In this document: in pieces, positions 1 through 7,830 of the stretch | How the letters are laid out: each line of letters starts with the position of its first letter | Numbering within the stretch: the stretch's first letter is position 1 | Source of the DNA: Opitutales bacterium | GTDB taxonomy: Bacteria > Verrucomicrobiota > Verrucomicrobiia > Opitutales > T3Sed10-336 | Assembly (NCBI GenBank): GCA_007132315.1 | Contig: SLOW01000286.1 | Span: forward strand, 1-37,315 | Reading direction: 5' to 3' | DNA length: 37,315 nt | Position numbers and translations under genes: made by a program | The notes under the pieces: model-generated | The model's input: the letters and a program-made list of their open reading frames with translations, nothing else | Database searches by the model: none | What the model was told of the DNA's origin: nothing

Positions 1-113
1 CGGTTTGTGCGGACCAGCCGGTTGAGAAAGTCCTCGTTCTTTTCCGGGAGCAACTCCGCGAGAGACAGGTTGAAGTACTGATGGCCGGTATTCGGGAAGA
101 CGTGGAGCTTCAT
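1..113 (-). CDS. hypothetical protein, 5' end only (continues past the window edge)
   Basis: ATG at 113 on the minus strand lies 11 nt downstream of the stop of the 984-aa ORF. It reads MKLHVFPNTGHQYFNLSLAELLPEKNEDFLNRLVRTN with no stop before the window edge. No family recognised. Confidence 0.3.
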   Translation of the reverse strand, partial: MKLHVFPNTGHQYFNLSLAELLPEKNEDFLNRLVRTN

Positions 114-124
114 GGGATCGGGCG

Positions 125-3079
125 TTACTGGGTCACGGTCTCCTCGGCGGGCGCGCCGCGCAATTCATGGTATTCGTCGAGTAGTTGCCGAATTTCTGCG
201 TCCCCGGCCTGTTCGGGGCGTTCCCGCCGCTCCACACCGCGCATCGCCAGGCGTTCGACGTGCCCGCCGGATCCTATCAGCGGTTCCAGGAAGTAGCGGT
301 GGGCGGGCATTTCCGAAGCGGAATCCGGCATTTCCGATTTGGGACCTTCTTCGCCGTAGGTGAGCGAGGTTCCCATGCGCACAGCCAACAGGCGCTGCAA
401 TTGAGCCGGGCTGGTTCCGGCGGTGTCGTATTCGAGCCGTTTGCGGAGCCAGGCGGCGATCTCCTCGCAATCGGGGCGATTGGATTCCACCACGGCGCGA
501 AGGAAATCGCGCAGAGCGGAACCCTGATCGAAGAGCATGTTGCGGCATTCCGCCAGCGAGGAGCTGTTCTCCAGCCGGTCCGCCTGTTCGGCCGCCCAGA
601 TGTCGAACTGCCTTTCGATCAGTTGGGCGGTGACGGCCTTCTTCTGGTCCTGGGTCAATCGGGGAAGGTCGGTGGCGCGAACGTTGAAGAGCTCGCGCAG
701 GAAACGATTCAGGCGTTTCATTTCCTTCTCATCCAATCGTTCAACCGCGTCGCGAGCGGCGCTAAGAAAGGCTTCCAATCGTTCCCGGCGGGTGTCGCGC
801 ACCTCGCGTTCCGGCGCCAGTTCCGGCCAGGAAAGGGCTCCGTTGAGGTCTTGGAACGCGGCTTCAATCTGGCGGGCGATACGCTTCAATCGGTTGTCGT
901 CGCGCTCGCTCAGCGCCCGGACCTGTTCTCGCGCGGCGTCGAAGAAAAATTCGGCTCCGCCGGTGAGTATGTCCGTCAGCATGGCGTCGAAGGACTCCCG
1001 GCTGATCTCTTTTTGAAATTGATCCTGGAAAAGCGATTCCGCGGTGAGATTTTTGTGGCGGGTGGAGCCTGGGGAGAAATCGACTTCAATGCGCGCCCGC
1101 GCCCGATCCGGGGAATTGTGGTCGTGGATGGCGAAGGTGGTGGCCACCTGAGGGTCCCGTATGATGCCGAGGTTCTTGACGATCTGATCGATGACTCCGT
1201 AAATATTGGAATCGTTCGGGTTCTTGGCGAAATTGAGTTTATTGGCCCACCACGTGATGACGAGGTTCAGGGGAAACGGACTTTCGCCTTGAGGATTCTG
1301 CAAATAGCCCGGGGCCAGGTGTCGCCACCAGGTGTTGACCCCGTTGATAATCTGGTCGGCGTTGGGGCAGGCGTAGTGGCTGACGCTCTGAAACACGGAA
1401 AAGGCGTCCATGTTGAGTCGCTTGCCATAGGTGGCGACGATAGACGCGGTTTTCCCCCGCTTGAGTATTTCCCGAAAGAACAATAGGGGGGTAAAGCATT
1501 TCTTGACCCGCGCTTTGTCTTCTTCGCTGGCGTCGCCGGACTCCACCCTGCGCTTTAACTCGGCGATCCGCTTTTCATCTATGATGATACGGTTTTCGAG
1601 GGATTTGGTCTCATTCCCGACGCCGGGGAAATCCAGGATGTCGGCGGACTGGAGAAAAGTCTTGAGGGCGTTGGGACGTTCCGTGTCTTCCGGGAACGGC
1701 CGGTTCTGCAAGTGGTCCATATTGATCGGCACGACCAGCTCCCATACCAGACCTTGCAAGAGGCAGAACTCGTCCGGCGTGGTGCCCGCCCGGTGAGGGA
1801 GATCGGAATCGCAACCGATCAGCACGGCGTCATCGTCGACACGATACCCGAGCCGGCCGATCAGATCCTGTATGATGTATTCCGGGGCTTCCGGGTTCGA
1901 GACGTGCTTGCCGTAGGCGATATCGCTGGCCCCCATGTTTAGGAACAGAGCCGCCGCCTCCAGGGAGCAGCGCAGGGGACGATCGGACCATTCGCCGCCC
2001 GGAGCGAGACGTTCGTCGTAATATTCGGCGAAGGCGCGGAACCACTGTGTGATGGCCGGGGCGTCGTTCCACAAAACTTTTTCCGCAAGCCGCCTGACGA
2101 GGTCGCGTGAGGCGAGCAGCGCCGGCTGTTCGAAGAGGCTTCGGAGGTAAGCCTGCCAGGCGTCGCGGTCGGTGGACAATTCGGTGAACACCGGTTCGTC
2201 CGAGGCGGCCAAATCGTCGAGCACCTCGGACAGACGAAGCAACTCGTCGAAAGCTTTTCTGTCCGGCGACCCCAAATGGTTGTCGGCTTTCTTCAGCAGC
2301 TCGTCGGTAACGCGCTGGATGCGCTCCAGGTCCCAGGCCCTCGGTTTGCGGTCGTTGCTGCCGAGACATTCGGTGCTGTATCCGCGTGCGAGTGCGTGCC
2401 ACAAGTCGTCAAGCTGCACCAGGTGGAGTTCGACCGGATAGTGGGGATCGCGCACATGGTGGTATCCCGGTCGCTCCTCCAAGGCTCCCGGAACGAAACG
2501 CGTCAGGCACGCCGAGCCGTCCATGCCCTTGTTGAAGGGATTGAGCACCATTCGTGTCAGATGGGAGGGCGGAGACTGCGGGTCGGCCTGGCGCGGAGCC
2601 ATGAAGAAAAAATGCTTGCCGTCCGGCCAGTGCAGCCCGGAGCCCTCGCCGTCTTTTTCGGGATCTCCGGAAAAGTGGGCGCCCGCGTCCACATAGGCGG
2701 AGACGATCGTGGACTTGCCGGTTTGCGATGGTCCCCAGATTGCCATTGCGGGCCTTGAACGGCGCAGAGCTTCTTCTCCGCGACGAATGTGTTGACGCGA
2801 ATGCGCGACGTCGAGAAGCCACTTCCCCGGAGGCAGGGCATAGGGATCTTTTCTCCGCGAGCCGTGACGCCAAAACCAATCCTCCAAACGTCTTGTGTAA
2901 TCGAGGTATGCCGGGACTTGGTTCATAACTGGAGTTTCCGAGGTTATGACGATGAAGTCCTTCCGCAAGAAGAAAAGTCTTGTCCGAGCGGATTCGTTTA
3001 GAGAATAGTCTCCTGGCGCCGCGTTGTCTGATACTATGGAAACCGTACCAGCAATATTACCGACTCCGGGCCCCGCCAC
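125..3079 (-). CDS. large (984 aa) split P-loop NTPase of unknown family (dynamin/SrfC-like motif pattern)
   Basis: Longest ORF in this region. Walker A is GPSQTGKS (nt 2711-2734). A hhhD-x-P-G motif, ADILDFPGVG (DFPG at nt 1622-1633), lies ~360 aa downstream. The C-terminal third is Arg/Glu/Leu-rich and helical, and no TM segment is seen. An alternative start is ATG 2926 (MNQVPAYLDY). A short gene follows it 11 nt downstream. Confidence 0.75.
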   Translation of the reverse strand: MAGPGVGNIAGTVSIVSDNAAPGDYSLNESARTRLFFLRKDFIVITSETPVMNQVPAYLDYTRRLEDWFWRHGSRRKDPYALPPGKWLLDVAHSRQHIRRGEEALRRSRPAMAIWGPSQTGKSTIVSAYVDAGAHFSGDPEKDGEGSGLHWPDGKHFFFMAPRQADPQSPPSHLTRMVLNPFNKGMDGSACLTRFVPGALEERPGYHHVRDPHYPVELHLVQLDDLWHALARGYSTECLGSNDRKPRAWDLERIQRVTDELLKKADNHLGSPDRKAFDELLRLSEVLDDLAASDEPVFTELSTDRDAWQAYLRSLFEQPALLASRDLVRRLAEKVLWNDAPAITQWFRAFAEYYDERLAPGGEWSDRPLRCSLEAAALFLNMGASDIAYGKHVSNPEAPEYIIQDLIGRLGYRVDDDAVLIGCDSDLPHRAGTTPDEFCLLQGLVWELVVPINMDHLQNRPFPEDTERPNALKTFLQSADILDFPGVGNETKSLENRIIIDEKRIAELKRRVESGDASEEDKARVKKCFTPLLFFREILKRGKTASIVATYGKRLNMDAFSVFQSVSHYACPNADQIINGVNTWWRHLAPGYLQNPQGESPFPLNLVITWWANKLNFAKNPNDSNIYGVIDQIVKNLGIIRDPQVATTFAIHDHNSPDRARARIEVDFSPGSTRHKNLTAESLFQDQFQKEISRESFDAMLTDILTGGAEFFFDAAREQVRALSERDDNRLKRIARQIEAAFQDLNGALSWPELAPEREVRDTRRERLEAFLSAARDAVERLDEKEMKRLNRFLRELFNVRATDLPRLTQDQKKAVTAQLIERQFDIWAAEQADRLENSSSLAECRNMLFDQGSALRDFLRAVVESNRPDCEEIAAWLRKRLEYDTAGTSPAQLQRLLAVRMGTSLTYGEEGPKSEMPDSASEMPAHRYFLEPLIGSGGHVERLAMRGVERRERPEQAGDAEIRQLLDEYHELRGAPAEETVTQ

Positions 3080-3136
3080 CGAACCGAATCCGGTTGTGGC
3101 CTGCCAGCGCCGTGATCGTTTGCGGCTTGCTCATCA

Positions 3137-4744
3137 TTGACCGAATTCCTCTCTATGGCACTATCCGGTGAACAGGAACTTCTTCTCGAGAAACTCGGAT
3201 TGCCGGAGGACGCCGACGCTGAATCCATTGAGAACGCCTACGCCGAACGCCTCGACCGCTATCGCAAGGACGTTGAGGCGGCCGAAAGCAAGCCGGAGCG
3301 TGTCGCCGCGAAGGACGCGTTGAAACGTTTTCAGGCGCTGGAGTCCAAGGTGGAAGAACTGCTCAAGCCGGCGCGAGCCCGCGCCCACATCCAGCAGGCC
3401 TGGCAATTCATCGAGAACGAAGACAAAGGGACCAAGGTCGCGCGTGCGCGGGCGAAAGTTCGGATTGAAGAGGCCCGAAAACTGTTTTCCGACGGCGAAC
3501 TGCCTGAGGAGATCCGTGTGGAAATCGCCGAAATCGAGGCCATCATCGGTCGCGGGGACGCGCCGGAAGCTTCGCCGGCCGTCCCTGAGGAGGCTCCGGT
3601 TGAATCGCAGACCGAGGCGAAAAAGACGCCGAAAATCGCATGGTCGAGTCCGAATCCCATCATCGAAGGGAAGCCTCTGGGGGACGCGCAGTTGAATGCG
3701 ACCGCCGATGTGGAGGGCGATTTCCATTACGACCCGGGTGTCGGGTCTGTATTGGATCCTGGGATACACCGGTTGTCGGTTGTATTCCACCCGGCGGACC
3801 CGGATCGTTTCGAGCGAGCCGCCGCCGCCGTGCAACTGGTCGTCGAGAAAAAGCCGGTGCTTCCGGCCGAGCCCGAGCGCCCTCCCGTACCCGATCCTCC
3901 TCGTGAGTCCAAACCCGAAACCGAACGGCCGAAGGAGTCCGAAGCGCCGCCGGAACCCGATGTGCCGGAGAAGGCGGTGTCGGAGCCGACCGGTGGAAGC
4001 CGGCTCGTCCGGGCGACGGAGGCGCCCGTCGAATCCCGCTCTTCGGAACAATGCGCCCCGCCGCCGGGCCGGGAGGAAATCGAACCCTGTTCCGTCTTCA
4101 CGCTTTTCGACAAGAGCCGGAAGCGGTGTCATGTATTCGGCGCCGACTCCCTGGTCATAGGGAGAAAGCGCACGGACTGCGACATTCTCGCCCGCGTGCG
4201 CGACGCCGGCGATCCGAGGGAGACGGATCGGCTCAATGTGAGAATCAGTCGGAGACACGCGACGTTGGCACGGGACGGAAACAATGTTGTGTTGTTCGAC
4301 GGCTATCGCGATCCTTCGGGTCGCTGCAGCCCCTCATCCAACGGCGTATATCTGAACCGGGAGCGGGTGCACGACCCGGTTTTCCTTCCACATGACGCGC
4401 GCTCCGAAATTCGGGTGGGTCCGGATCGCCGATTTCCCGGCTGGCGCGCGAGTACGGTGCTGACGTGGCCCGTTCACGATCCTCCGGATCGTTTTTCCTG
4501 TGACCGGAGCGAAGGACCGTGCGGTCTTTTTCTGGAACGCCTGGATGATCCGGGTGAGAATATCCTTATAGTCTGGCGCGCCGTCGATCTGCACGCGTTG
4601 GGCATGACCAAGTTTTCATGGTGGCTGGTGCGGCACGAGGACGGATTCATCTACGGAAATGGAAACCTTTGGCATCCCGTCGAGCCCGGTTGCCTCATCG
4701 GCGCCTGGTCCGTTGGATCGTGGAAAGAAGCCGCCTTTATATGA
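3137..4744 (+). CDS. multidomain FHA-domain protein (FhaA-like architecture)
   Basis: The ORF opens at TTG 3137, and the first ATG is 3155 (MALSGEQ). The N-terminus is J-domain-like (LGLPEDADAESIENAYAERL) but lacks HPD. An Ig-like module follows (KIAWSSPNPIIEGKPLGDAQLNATADVEGDFHYDPGVGSVLDPGIHRLSVVFHPADPDRF), then a Pro/Glu-rich linker. The FHA core is VIGRKRTDCDI..RISRRHATLARDG..SSNGVYLN (about nt 4127-4425). A ~100-aa C-terminal tail follows. Confidence 0.8.
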   Translation: MTEFLSMALSGEQELLLEKLGLPEDADAESIENAYAERLDRYRKDVEAAESKPERVAAKDALKRFQALESKVEELLKPARARAHIQQAWQFIENEDKGTKVARARAKVRIEEARKLFSDGELPEEIRVEIAEIEAIIGRGDAPEASPAVPEEAPVESQTEAKKTPKIAWSSPNPIIEGKPLGDAQLNATADVEGDFHYDPGVGSVLDPGIHRLSVVFHPADPDRFERAAAAVQLVVEKKPVLPAEPERPPVPDPPRESKPETERPKESEAPPEPDVPEKAVSEPTGGSRLVRATEAPVESRSSEQCAPPPGREEIEPCSVFTLFDKSRKRCHVFGADSLVIGRKRTDCDILARVRDAGDPRETDRLNVRISRRHATLARDGNNVVLFDGYRDPSGRCSPSSNGVYLNRERVHDPVFLPHDARSEIRVGPDRRFPGWRASTVLTWPVHDPPDRFSCDRSEGPCGLFLERLDDPGENILIVWRAVDLHALGMTKFSWWLVRHEDGFIYGNGNLWHPVEPGCLIGAWSVGSWKEAAFI

Positions 4745-4844
4745 ATTGGAACCACGGCGATGAGAGATGACTTGAAAGGGAAGCGGGGGTACCCGGTCCG
4801 CCCGCTCCGGAGTCCGGAAATCAACCTCAAAAACGAATCACAAG

Positions 4845-6485
4845 ATGACAGAGGATAAAACGAAAACCCTGGTCGAGGAATGCGACGCGGTTTGGGCGGG
4901 GCTGTCCGACACCGGTCCGACGCGGGATCACAACGAAGACGCTCTTGGTGTGGTCTCCCTGGCCGACGTCAAGAAGCTTCGTGATGCCGGAGAGGGCGTG
5001 CTGTCGTGCCGGCCGCCCGGAGCCTTGTTCATGGTGAGCGACGGGGTTGGCGGAGCTTCCGGAGGTGAAATCGCCAGCCGCCTGGCGGTGCGGGCGGTGG
5101 CGGAGAATCTGGGAGTGCTCGTTGACGAGGAAAACGCGGAGCGCAATCCGGACAGAGCGCGGTTGCTCGAAAGATCCATCGTTCTGGCGAATGGCCGCGT
5201 GCGCCAGGAAGCTTCGGCCCGAGAGGGACTCAAAGGCATGGCGGCCACATTCTCGGGGCTGTGGCTGTTACCGGGGAAAGCCTATATCGGACAGGTGGGT
5301 GACAGCCGCATATACCGCTGGCGCGACGGCCGGTTGGAACAACTGACCCACGATCAATCCGAGGTGGGACGCCTGGTGCGTTCGGGCAAACTGACCGAAC
5401 GGGAGGCGCTCGATTTTCCACGCAAGAACGTTATCGATCAGGCCATCGGTTCCAAGCCGGAGGAGTTTGCGCCGCAGACGGACTGGTTCGAGACCTTGCC
5501 GGACGATGTTTTTCTCCTGTGCAGCGACGGGTTGGTGGAAAACTGGGTGACCGGCGACCTCGCCGAACAGATGGAAAACGCTCTCAGCGGGGGCGGATCC
5601 CTGGGGGAAGCCTGCCGCGGGATCGTGGAGGCGTCGAAGGAATCGTCCGGCAAAGACAATATAACGATGCTCGTCGTTCGCGTCGGTTCCGAGTCAGCCG
5701 GCGAGCCGAACAACGCGACGACAGGAGCCGGTCGCCGTCTTCCGTGGCGAGGGCTCGTGGTCGCCCTCGCGGCGGCATTGTTTACGGCGGCGCTCCTCTA
5801 TGCGATTGTCATGGCACCGGCCGAGGCACGCCACCGCGAGGAGTTGAGCGAGTTCGAGGCCCGGCTGGAAGCACAGCGGGAAGCCGTGGCGGGATGGCGG
5901 GTTACGGCGAGATCGCTGGAGGAGGATCTCGACGAGACCAGCGAGCATCACGAACGGCAACGGGAACGGGCGGCGGACTTGGAAGCGGAAATCAGTCTGT
6001 TGCGCCAGGTTAACGAGGAGATGGCTGAATCCCTGGATTCGCTTCGTGACGAGAAAGATCATCTGGAATCGGACCTCGGGGACCGGATCAGGGAAGCGCA
6101 CGCGCGCCTCGCCGAAAGCGAAGCGGAGTTGAACGAGGCGAGGGAGGTGAGCGACAGCCTCCGAATCAACCTGGAGACGATGGAACACGAAATCGAAGCG
6201 CTGGCGGGCCGAATCGAAGAGCTCGAGGAACGAAACGCTATCGACGAAACGTTGATTGAGGCGTTGCTGGCCGACGGCGAGAGCTCGGCGCTATGGGAGG
6301 AAGTCATCCGCGAGCGTCATGCGCCCCGGGTCGCTTCGGAGGACGCCGGTGCGGCGTGGGCTTCCCAGGACGAACGCCTCAACGAAATCGAATCGAGTTT
6401 CCCGGATGAGGAGGGCAGGGTGAGGGTTTTTCGTCGAATCATGGGACCGTCGGAATACGGAGGGGAAGACACCGGTCCCGATTGA
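4845..6485 (+). CDS. PP2C-family Ser/Thr phosphatase with one TM helix and a C-terminal coiled coil
   Basis: PP2C motifs are present: RDHNEDA, FMVSDGVGGASGGEIAS, GQVGDSRIY, LLCSDGL and DNITMLVVRV. A hydrophobic helix LVVALAAALFTAALLYAIVMAP lies at about nt 5750-5820. It is followed by ~200 aa of heptad-like Glu/Leu/Arg-rich sequence. Confidence 0.85.
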   Translation: MTEDKTKTLVEECDAVWAGLSDTGPTRDHNEDALGVVSLADVKKLRDAGEGVLSCRPPGALFMVSDGVGGASGGEIASRLAVRAVAENLGVLVDEENAERNPDRARLLERSIVLANGRVRQEASAREGLKGMAATFSGLWLLPGKAYIGQVGDSRIYRWRDGRLEQLTHDQSEVGRLVRSGKLTEREALDFPRKNVIDQAIGSKPEEFAPQTDWFETLPDDVFLLCSDGLVENWVTGDLAEQMENALSGGGSLGEACRGIVEASKESSGKDNITMLVVRVGSESAGEPNNATTGAGRRLPWRGLVVALAAALFTAALLYAIVMAPAEARHREELSEFEARLEAQREAVAGWRVTARSLEEDLDETSEHHERQRERAADLEAEISLLRQVNEEMAESLDSLRDEKDHLESDLGDRIREAHARLAESEAELNEAREVSDSLRINLETMEHEIEALAGRIEELEERNAIDETLIEALLADGESSALWEEVIRERHAPRVASEDAGAAWASQDERLNEIESSFPDEEGRVRVFRRIMGPSEYGGEDTGPD

Positions 6486-6636
6486 GGGAAAACCTGCTTG
6501 CCCTGTTTTCCGAGTAGGGAAAAACCTGAAAATTCCAACCCGTAAAGATTGATTTTGACCCGGAAAGTATTTCTGGGTAACAAGAGACTACTCTCGGTTC
6601 GTTTCCTCTTTGTATTACACAAATACCGTCCCCTTT

Positions 6637-7686
6637 ATGTCTTCAAATCGAATAAAAAAACTGTTCTTCCCGGTAATTGCGGGCGTGGGGGTTGTTTTAC
6701 TCACGGGTTGCGGGACCACAGCCGACTACAAAGCACTTCAACCCACCGCCGACGGTATGCCGATCCGGGAGGTGGAGATCACTTCCCCGCCCAACGGAGG
6801 TTCCGGGCCCGAAGGAGATCTCGCTTCGGTCTTGCCGTTGAATTCCGACGGCGTGTTCATCGACACGAGAATCAGTATGAGTCCCATCAACGACGAACTT
6901 GTGTTTTCCATGCACACCGGGCGTCGCTCCTACATGAATGTGTACACTTGGAGAAGCGGCAACGGTGAGGACGCGGGCGAGCCGGTGGATGTCACCCGGG
7001 ACATAGACCGGATCAACGTGGAGCCCACGTTCGATCCCCAGGGGGAATTCATCTACTACTCGTCGAACTACCCGGACGCGCGTTACTGGAAATTGTGGCG
7101 GTACGACCTGGTGGACGGCAGCAGGACTCAGATCAGTGACGATGGTTCCACGGCGCGGGTGGATACGAGCCCAACCCTTTCGCCGGACGGACGGCGAATC
7201 GCCTTCGCATCCTACGACCGCGAAGGTGGACAGTCTCGCATTATCGTTGCCGACTCCGACGGGGGCAACGCCGAGCGGAAGGCCACCGGCCACAGCCCGT
7301 CCTGGTCTCCCAACGGGCGTTTAATCGCCTATGTGTCCACCGATCCGGAATCGGAATTGGACCGCATCATGGTGTTGGATCTGGAGTCGGATACCACCCG
7401 CACGTTGACACGTGGAAGCTACCACGACCGCCATCCGGCTTGGACTCCCGACGGCGAGTTGATCGTGTTTTCCACCAATCGCGTGGTGGACGAGGACGGT
7501 TATAGACATTTTTCCATTTGGCAGATGGATGCTTCCGGCAGAAACGCTCGCCCGTTGACATTCAGCACCTACCACGACATGCGTCCGGTGGTGTCCTCGG
7601 ATGGAGACGCCATATTCTTCGTTTCCAATCGCGGCTCCACTGGCGGTGAGGTGCAGGATTGGCGGATTTGGAGAATTAACCGGTGA
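6637..7686 (+). CDS. TolB-like beta-propeller lipoprotein (PD40-type repeats)
   Basis: ATG 6637 gives MSSNRIKKLFFPVIAGVGVVLLTGC with the lipobox LLTG|C. The ORF track opens earlier, at TTG 6610. PD40-like blades repeat through the protein: SPDGRRIAFAS, SWSPNGRLIAYVS, PAWTPDGELIVFSTNR, VVSSDGDAIFFVSNR. Confidence 0.75.
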   Translation: MSSNRIKKLFFPVIAGVGVVLLTGCGTTADYKALQPTADGMPIREVEITSPPNGGSGPEGDLASVLPLNSDGVFIDTRISMSPINDELVFSMHTGRRSYMNVYTWRSGNGEDAGEPVDVTRDIDRINVEPTFDPQGEFIYYSSNYPDARYWKLWRYDLVDGSRTQISDDGSTARVDTSPTLSPDGRRIAFASYDREGGQSRIIVADSDGGNAERKATGHSPSWSPNGRLIAYVSTDPESELDRIMVLDLESDTTRTLTRGSYHDRHPAWTPDGELIVFSTNRVVDEDGYRHFSIWQMDASGRNARPLTFSTYHDMRPVVSSDGDAIFFVSNRGSTGGEVQDWRIWRINR

Positions 7687-7830
7687 TCGGCTTACGCCGG
7701 TTCGGCCGGCACGGCCGACGTGCCATCGCGTTGGGTTTCGGACGTTGTGGGCGATCCCGGAGCTCCGCTGTCGATTGGAACCCCGGGGTTTTTCAGTAAC
7801 CGCAACCACGACTCCCATTTGAGCGACGAC

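Noticed and set aside
185-1486. 433-aa plus-strand ORF, with 165-548 and others nested, inside the NTPase gene
   Set aside because: It is antisense to a much longer ORF that carries clear P-loop motifs. Its Arg/Gly/Ala-rich low-complexity translation is typical of shadow ORFs in GC-rich DNA.
3161-4258. 365-aa minus-strand ORF opposite the FHA protein gene
   Set aside because: It is a shadow ORF. The plus-strand frame carries the FHA signature and fits the operon layout. The antisense product is Arg/Leu/Gly-rich with no motifs.
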